Source: Patescibacteria group bacterium (GTDB lineage: Bacteria; Patescibacteriota; WWE3; JAMCXX01; JBBTUG01). Taken from it: a stretch of 64,000 nucleotides of DNA. Positions 58,481-64,000 of this stretch are shown in pieces. Both the position numbers and the translations under genes were made by a program. The notes beneath the pieces were generated by a model. The model ran no database searches. It saw only the letters and a list, made by a program, of their open reading frames with translations, and had not been told where the DNA came from. The stretch's first letter is position 1, and each line of letters starts with the position of its first letter. Location: the NCBI GenBank assembly GCA_038063895.1, contig JBBTUG010000012.1:78165-142164 (forward strand). Reading direction: 5' to 3'.

Positions 58481-58547
58481 TTGGAAAAAGTTTAATCAGC
58501 GATTCAAGAAGGAGAATAGCACAGCGGTAGGAAGTTAAAAAGAAGAA

Positions 58548-59162
58548 TTAATAACCTAGTTTACTAAGGGCTAGGTGATACCAGGGTTTAGCTACCTCTT
58601 CGGCGTTTGGCGAGGTAATTCGGTTGTACATCCAATCAAATTTTTCTTTTACCTTTTCTTTACCTCTCACCGCGACCTGCTCCGTTACGAAGTGATCGAC
58701 TTGGGTTTCTAAGAAGCTGACGCTGTCTGCATCTTTAAGAAGATTTTGATCGGGGTTACCACCAATCTCGTGTTTAGAAATGAGCATCGCGACTCTGGCA
58801 ATTAACTCTACCGGAGCCTCAATTCCGATAAGAAAATCTGACATGATTTTCGCGCCTGTCTCTTGGTGATAAATAAGATGCCCTTTATCCTGGAAGCCTT
58901 TTTCTGACTTGTCAATTTTGTTGTAAGTCGAATCACGATAGGCCCTCTCAATATCGTGGGCATACGCCGCGATTAAAAGAGCTTCGTCCGCCTCGGGCTT
59001 AAGCTGTTTAAGCCAATAAACGGTGCGGTCAAAATGCCGCAGACCTTGCGCCTTTCCGGCTTTCTGGTGTACCTCATCAACAAAATTCCTGACTAACGGA
59101 AAATAAATCTCAACCACAACATGATTATACAATATAAATAGGTCGGAATAACGGTTAGGCAC
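58548..59162 (-). CDS. HD-domain protein (DUF4202-like); true start may be GTG 59117
   Basis: RHFDRTVYW, AAYAHDIER, SKHE, LKDADSVSF. Confidence 0.75.
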   Translation of the reverse strand: MPNRYSDLFILYNHVVVEIYFPLVRNFVDEVHQKAGKAQGLRHFDRTVYWLKQLKPEADEALLIAAYAHDIERAYRDSTYNKIDKSEKGFQDKGHLIYHQETGAKIMSDFLIGIEAPVELIARVAMLISKHEIGGNPDQNLLKDADSVSFLETQVDHFVTEQVAVRGKEKVKEKFDWMYNRITSPNAEEVAKPWYHLALSKLGY

Positions 59163-59199
59163 TTTATCAAATGGTTAAACCGGATTACAATTTAACTTG

Positions 59200-59577
59200 A
59201 TGAGCAAAGGCCACCATAAAAGCAAACTGCAGATAGCAATAGATCGGGCTTGGAAATTTTACGAAGAATGGCGGGGACACGAACCAGTAACACCGGCTTT
59301 CGGAGAAAAAGTCTACGCCTCACGACTCGGCTGGGACCATATCCTTAATCCCTCGCACCGAAGGAGTAAGGCAGATAAGATTCGTCGGCTTGATGCCTTG
59401 CCTCTTGCTAAGAAACTTCTCACCGTGGCAACAACTTACCAGGAGTATCGGTACGCCGATGGATTTCACTACTACGCCTTACAAGCTGAACTGGGTGGGA
59501 AGAGGATAAAGGTTATCGTAAGTTCAAAAAAGAAAAGTGGAAGGAAATACTTCCTTTCGGTGATTATCTTAAGGTAG
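59200..59577 (+). CDS. Small basic protein, putative RelE/PBECR-fold RNase
   Basis: PAFGEKV..SRLGWDHI..R...RRL..LP...RIKVIV...YFLSVI; fold inferred from pattern. Confidence 0.5.
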   Translation: MSKGHHKSKLQIAIDRAWKFYEEWRGHEPVTPAFGEKVYASRLGWDHILNPSHRRSKADKIRRLDALPLAKKLLTVATTYQEYRYADGFHYYALQAELGGKRIKVIVSSKKKSGRKYFLSVIILR

Positions 59578-59637
59578 AGTGTCTTTCACTTTGGCGACGT
59601 GCCGTTATGAGGTCAGGGTCAAGCCCTTCACCCTACC
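59573..59637 (-). ncRNA. Candidate structured antisense RNA 5' domain
   Basis: Begins 7 nt after a consensus -10; GGTAGGGTG/CACTCTACC stem enclosing two hairpins. Confidence 0.4.
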
Positions 59638-59643
59638 AATGAC

Positions 59644-59672
59644 ATTCTATACTGCAACCCAGGAAGTGTCAA
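59644..59672 (-). promoter_or_regulatory. Sigma70 promoter convergent on the 59200 gene
   Basis: TTGACA-17 nt-TAGAAT. Confidence 0.75.
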
Positions 59673-59678
59673 ACAAAA

Positions 59679-60728
59679 TCACCAACTCGGCAGAAAGTCC
59701 TTAATATTTGTGTCGTTCAGTATGAATTTTGACTCCGTCCCAGCGGATTCGACTATTTTCCGCGCGGCCTTCCGGCAGATGCCGTGAATTGTCCGGTCCA
59801 GCGTTCTGATCCCGGCGTCGTACCCCAGGGGGCGAATGATTTTCGGCCAAAGATCATCCGCAATCGTAATTTGCTCCTTGTCTAAACCCGATTCCCTTAG
59901 GCCCTTCGGCAGCAAGTAGTCGCGGCCGATAACCTTCTTCTCTTCATCGGTATAGGCCGGCATTTCGATAATTTCCAGCCGGTCAATGACCGCGGTGGAA
60001 ATTCCACCGGTGTTGTTCCCGCTGCAGATAAACAGAGCTCCCGAAAGATCGAAAGGATAACCGAGAAAATAATCGGTAAAAGCGTTATTTTGTTCGGGGT
60101 CCAGTAGTTCCAACAGAACACCCATAATTGATGCTCTGCCGGCCTCTGCCACCCGGTCAATTTCATCTAAAAGAATTACCGGATTCCGAACGCCGACCCG
60201 GGCGAGGTTGCGGATAATAAGACCCGGCTCCGCTCCCGGCAGGTAACGGGGTAGGCCGCGGAGCTGCGTTACCTCCCCCATCCCTCCCATCGCAATCCGG
60301 ATAAACGGCCGGGCAAGCGCTTCCGCAATTGAGGAAGCCACTGAAGTTTTTCCGATGCCGGGCAAACCGACAAAGCACAGAACCGTCGCCCCGATTTTTT
60401 TCTTTCCTCGGTTAAGATTGAGCACGGCGATGTACTCCAGCAGCCGATCTTTAATTTTTGGCATGCCGTAATGGTTCTTATCCAAAACAGCCCGGGCGTT
60501 GCTCAGATCGAGATTATCCGGCGACTCTGCCACCCACGGCAGACTGACCACCCACTCGAGATAATGCGAAACGCTTTCGTACTCCAACCCGTAGCCGCTC
60601 GCTTCCGTCATCCGGGAGAGCCGTTCCAACATCCCTTCTAAATGCAAACGCAAATCTGGAGGAATGCCGTTAACGGCAATCTTCGCTTGTAATTTTAAAA
60701 TTTCCGTTTTATTTGATTTATTTTCCAT
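59679..60728 (-). CDS. Lon-family AAA+ module lacking N-domain and protease domain
   Basis: LDKNHYG, GLPGIGKTS, NPVILLDEID, LLDPEQN..F.D; ends before the Ser-Lys domain. Confidence 0.85.
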   Translation of the reverse strand: MENKSNKTEILKLQAKIAVNGIPPDLRLHLEGMLERLSRMTEASGYGLEYESVSHYLEWVVSLPWVAESPDNLDLSNARAVLDKNHYGMPKIKDRLLEYIAVLNLNRGKKKIGATVLCFVGLPGIGKTSVASSIAEALARPFIRIAMGGMGEVTQLRGLPRYLPGAEPGLIIRNLARVGVRNPVILLDEIDRVAEAGRASIMGVLLELLDPEQNNAFTDYFLGYPFDLSGALFICSGNNTGGISTAVIDRLEIIEMPAYTDEEKKVIGRDYLLPKGLRESGLDKEQITIADDLWPKIIRPLGYDAGIRTLDRTIHGICRKAARKIVESAGTESKFILNDTNIKDFLPSW

Positions 60729-61647
60729 CTATAGTTCCCTGTAACAACGTTCCGCTACTTACCGGCGTAACTACGAGCGCTTGGCCCCGAATTTTTCCGG
60801 AGAGCTTCCCGCCAATATCCGGACCAAAAACAGTTGTCAGCAACTGACCAAGATTATCATGACTGGCGGCAAAAAAGAAAAACTGCCCCTGGTGGGGTAA
60901 TCGCCGCCACGCCTCGGAGAACGGGGTGGTCAGGGACAGGTTGAGATGTTTCTTCGCCTGAGTTTGAACCGTTAACTGCGCCAACTCGGGGGAATCAGTG
61001 ACCAGCAGGTATTCTCCGATGATTAAGGGCGAGAAACCCTGCGTTTCAAGGCTATTCTTTACCTCATCCACCTTTTGCTCCACAAAACTTTTCGCTTTTA
61101 TTTTTCCCAGGAAAGCGGAGCTACTCCCGGATTTGAAAAAAGCGAAATCCGGCTCGAGGTATGTCTGGGCTTCCGCCAAAGTCAGGCCGGTAATCTTTTG
61201 GAATTTTAGGCTCTGTCCTTCCGGAATAATCTTCGAAACAAAGTCAGCGAAACTCCGGCCAAAGACGGCCGAATCGGCCGTATCCGGGACGAGCTCGGCG
61301 AGGGATAATTTAGCCCAGGGCAGATCAGGAGCGGCAAAATGAAAATTTTGCAACAATACGGCATTTTCCGGCCGTCCGGACGGAAGTTTAGAAGCACGGA
61401 ATGAGCCCGACCGAAACCAGTAGAAACCAGTCCCGGCGATTGAAAAGACTAAAATCAGCAGGAGAAAAAAGAAAAGCCGCCCTCTTAAACTAAAAACGGA
61501 AGTGACGGAAACTACGAGTGGTGGTGTTTTAACGGGAAAACTGTTGTCCGGAGTTTGCTCTAAGGCCAAACCACAGTGGTAACAAAAACAGGCGGTTGGA
61601 GACTCAATCGTACTTCCGCAGTGGGCGCAGATGCGGTATCGCAGCAT
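60718..61647 (-). CDS. Zinc-ribbon membrane protein, hypothetical
   Basis: CAHCG..FCYHCG then a TM helix. Confidence 0.65.
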   Translation of the reverse strand: MLRYRICAHCGSTIESPTACFCYHCGLALEQTPDNSFPVKTPPLVVSVTSVFSLRGRLFFFLLLILVFSIAGTGFYWFRSGSFRASKLPSGRPENAVLLQNFHFAAPDLPWAKLSLAELVPDTADSAVFGRSFADFVSKIIPEGQSLKFQKITGLTLAEAQTYLEPDFAFFKSGSSSAFLGKIKAKSFVEQKVDEVKNSLETQGFSPLIIGEYLLVTDSPELAQLTVQTQAKKHLNLSLTTPFSEAWRRLPHQGQFFFFAASHDNLGQLLTTVFGPDIGGKLSGKIRGQALVVTPVSSGTLLQGTIDGK

Positions 61648-61679
61648 AATGTGGAATAGAGCTTGAAATCAAAAGTCAA

Positions 61680-63923
61680 CTAACGCCGGCGGTCGCTTCC
61701 GGGAGACCGGTAGGGCTGGTATTCTCTTTTTTTAAAAAACGGGGTTCGGTAACCGGAAGTAGAGCTTCCTGAACGCTGTCCACTTTCATGACCTCCGGCA
61801 AATTCTTCTCCGGCCGGACGCGGCTCAAGAGCTTTCTTCGAGAGATTAACACGGCCCTGCTCGTCAATCCCGACCACTTTCACCTTAACCGGATCACCAA
61901 CCTTAAGATAGTCCTCCACCCGCTCAACCCGGTGGTAAGCGATCTCACTGATGTGAATTAAACCTTCCTTGCCGGGGAATATCTCGGCAAAAGCACCGAA
62001 GTCCATCAGACGGGTAACCCGGCCGTCGTAAACCTCACCAACCTTAGCCTCTTTGACAATCCCTTCAATCATCGCGCGGGCGCGGGCTGAAACCGCGTCC
62101 TCTTTTGCGGAAATGTAAACTGAGCCATCATCTTCGATATCAATTTCAGCCCCAGTCTCTTCAATAATTCGCTTGATGATCCGCCCGCCGGGACCGATAA
62201 CTTCACCGATTTTCTTCGGATCAATTTTAATCACCGTGATCCGCGGGGCGTACTGCGAAAGGGTTTCGCGTGGCTTGCCGAGGATCTCCGCCATAATGTC
62301 CAAAACCTTTAACCGGGCCTGTTTTGACCGTTCGATAATATCCGCGAGCACGGGAATGGGCAGGCCGTGGTGAAGTTTAGTGTCCATCTGCAAAGCCGTC
62401 CAGCCCTCCCGGGTCCCGGTCAGTTTAAAATCGAGAAAACCGTCAAAATCTTCGACCCCGGCGATATCCGTTAAAATAATGTATTTGCTTTCGGCCGGGT
62501 CGGTGACTAAACCGATGGCAATACCGGCAACCGCCGACTTAACCGGAACACCAGCGTCCATTAGGGCTAAACTGGAACCGCAAGTGGAAGCCATTGAGGT
62601 TGAACCGTTTTGGGAAAGGATTTCACTGACCACCCGAATGACGTAAGGAAACTCATCTTTTCCGGGAACCACCGGACGCAGTGCTTTTTCCGCCAGCATT
62701 CCGTGACCGAGTTCCCGCCGTCCCGGACCCCGGAGCGGATTGGTCTCGCCGGTCGAATACGGCGGGGCGTTGTAATGATGCATATAGCGTTTCGTCTCCT
62801 CGCCCGTCATCGTCTGAATTAATTGTTCGAGGGAGCTGGAGCCTAAAGTAGCAATTGTGAGCGCTTGAGTCAGACCCCGGGTAAAAATAGCGCTGCCGTG
62901 GGTCCTAGGTAGAACACCGACCCGACCGCTGATCGGCCGGATTTCATCCAATTTCCTTCCATCCGGACGGCGGCCGTCATTGAGAATAAGGGAACGGACC
63001 AATTCTTTTTCGATCAGATCCAGAGATTCATCCATGTTCACTTTGGTGTACTTTCCCTGAAACTGTGCGTAGGTTTCGTCCTTCAGCCGCTTTTTGTAGT
63101 CAACATAGTCCAATTTATCCAAGGGGGTGGAAAGCATTTCCTTCACCCGCGTTCCGGCAAAGCTTTGGACCTCTGCGACCATATCCGCGTCGAGCTTATC
63201 GGAAACATAAACTTTTTTCTCCACCCCGACCGCGGCTGAAAAATCCCGGATAAAATCAAGCAACGGTTTGACTTGCTCCTGTCCGAACTTAAACGCCGCC
63301 AACAGTTTTTCCTCGGGAACCATTTTTGCTTCGCCCTCGGTTGCCACAACCCGGTCGCCTAAATAAGAAACAACTAAATCCAGATCAAAAGCGTTGGCCT
63401 CGGACGCGCGGGTGGAAGGCCGCAGATTAGGATTGAGGACAAATTCACCATCCTTAAGAACAACCCGAACCGTGCCTAGTGGCCCGTTCCAGGGAACGTC
63501 GGAAGCAGACAGCGCCGCCGAAGCGGCTACAAGCGCGAGAACTTCCGGGTCGCCTTCCGGATCGACGGAAAGCGCGGTTACAATAACCTGAACCTCTTCT
63601 TTATAATCTTTGGGAAATAAGGGACGGATCGCGTGATCGATTAAACGGGCGGATACGGTTGCCTCATCAGTCGGCTTTGTCTCCCGCTTAATAAAGCGGG
63701 AACTTTTAATAAAACCGCCAGCATAAAGCTTCTCTTCAAAATCAACCCGCAACGGGAAGTAATCGACCTCATTTTTAAGTTCGTTAGCAACGACAGTGGC
63801 CAGGATAACAGTTTCACCGTAAGTCGCTAAAACCGCCCGGTTGGCCTGAAAAGCAATCTCGCCCGTCTCAAGACTTAAAGGGCGGCCGGCAAATTCAATT
63901 TGTTTTTTTACAATTTTAACCAT
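61680..63923 (-). CDS. pnp: Polyribonucleotide nucleotidyltransferase
   Basis: FPLRVDF, RTHGSAIFTRG, RRELGHG, NGSTSMAS, KH and S1 domains. Confidence 0.97.
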   Translation of the reverse strand: MVKIVKKQIEFAGRPLSLETGEIAFQANRAVLATYGETVILATVVANELKNEVDYFPLRVDFEEKLYAGGFIKSSRFIKRETKPTDEATVSARLIDHAIRPLFPKDYKEEVQVIVTALSVDPEGDPEVLALVAASAALSASDVPWNGPLGTVRVVLKDGEFVLNPNLRPSTRASEANAFDLDLVVSYLGDRVVATEGEAKMVPEEKLLAAFKFGQEQVKPLLDFIRDFSAAVGVEKKVYVSDKLDADMVAEVQSFAGTRVKEMLSTPLDKLDYVDYKKRLKDETYAQFQGKYTKVNMDESLDLIEKELVRSLILNDGRRPDGRKLDEIRPISGRVGVLPRTHGSAIFTRGLTQALTIATLGSSSLEQLIQTMTGEETKRYMHHYNAPPYSTGETNPLRGPGRRELGHGMLAEKALRPVVPGKDEFPYVIRVVSEILSQNGSTSMASTCGSSLALMDAGVPVKSAVAGIAIGLVTDPAESKYIILTDIAGVEDFDGFLDFKLTGTREGWTALQMDTKLHHGLPIPVLADIIERSKQARLKVLDIMAEILGKPRETLSQYAPRITVIKIDPKKIGEVIGPGGRIIKRIIEETGAEIDIEDDGSVYISAKEDAVSARARAMIEGIVKEAKVGEVYDGRVTRLMDFGAFAEIFPGKEGLIHISEIAYHRVERVEDYLKVGDPVKVKVVGIDEQGRVNLSKKALEPRPAGEEFAGGHESGQRSGSSTSGYRTPFFKKREYQPYRSPGSDRRR

Positions 63924-63981
63924 AAATTAACAGACCCGGATCTTATGGGGAAGGTAACAGGTTACTATATCAGGCCCGCTC

Positions 63982-64000
63982 TTATTTTTCAAGGCCGATT
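63982..64000 (-). CDS. Possible 3' end of ribosomal protein S15
   Basis: Reads ...IGLEK* directly upstream of pnp, the usual rpsO position; only 6 codons visible. Confidence 0.35.

Noticed and set aside
63396-63421. GGCCT..AGGCC hairpin giving a short insertion in PNPase
   Set aside because: Too short and single-copy to distinguish from chance.
6011-63591. Numerous 60-250 aa antisense/overlapping ORFs over r-protein, tuf, rpo, ftsK and pnp genes
   Set aside because: They lie opposite or within well-supported genes and lack motifs.
1-64000. CRISPR array, rRNA, integrase/transposase, prophage
   Set aside because: No regularly spaced repeat-spacer array, rRNA-like tract or recombinase/phage structural cluster seen; the baseplate-J-like gene sits in a housekeeping context.
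1-64000. Complete DGR (RT, Avd, template repeat)
   Set aside because: No RT motifs in the ORFs and no second AAC-rich copy of 4636..4790 found by eye.
1-64000. UGA recoding (genetic code 25)
   Set aside because: Conserved genes translate full length with code 11, and rpsM and rplB end at TGA in expected positions.

Overview
64-kb chromosomal segment of a small-genome Patescibacteria/CPR-type bacterium (inferred: no rpmD/L30 between rpsE and rplO, shortened L3 and AlaRS, mostly SD-less starts, standard genetic code). The core (5.7-37 kb, minus strand) is the rpoB-rpoC-str-S10-spc-alpha-L13/S9 supercluster, interrupted by a PHP gene, a wHTH-NUDIX gene and a ybaB/APH-like kinase/ahcY block. It is followed by mltG, an ftsA-like gene, alaS, ftsK, rnj, udg, a protease-less lon and pnp. 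Accessory regions: (i) an island around tRNA-Pro (1-5.6 kb), (ii) a LexA-headed type IIB-like R-M island beside tRNA-Cys (43-49.5 kb), (iii) 56-59.7 kb. Most notable are two paralogous two-gene cassettes 55 kb apart (859-2618 and 56128-58301). Each encodes a signal-less protein with the same ~230-250 aa tandem-repeat N-terminal module fused to a different lysozyme-fold domain, overlapping a gene for a membrane-anchored DxDxDG-motif protein resembling a lysozyme inhibitor. This is a candidate polymorphic muramidase effector/immunity system; the second cassette sits between two copies of the udg 5' end. Also seen: a likely orphan DGR target gene, two promoter-driven structured small-RNA candidates, an rplC leader/attenuator, and several REP-like palindromes, including in-frame insertions in mltG. 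All calls come from reading the sequence; no searches were run.
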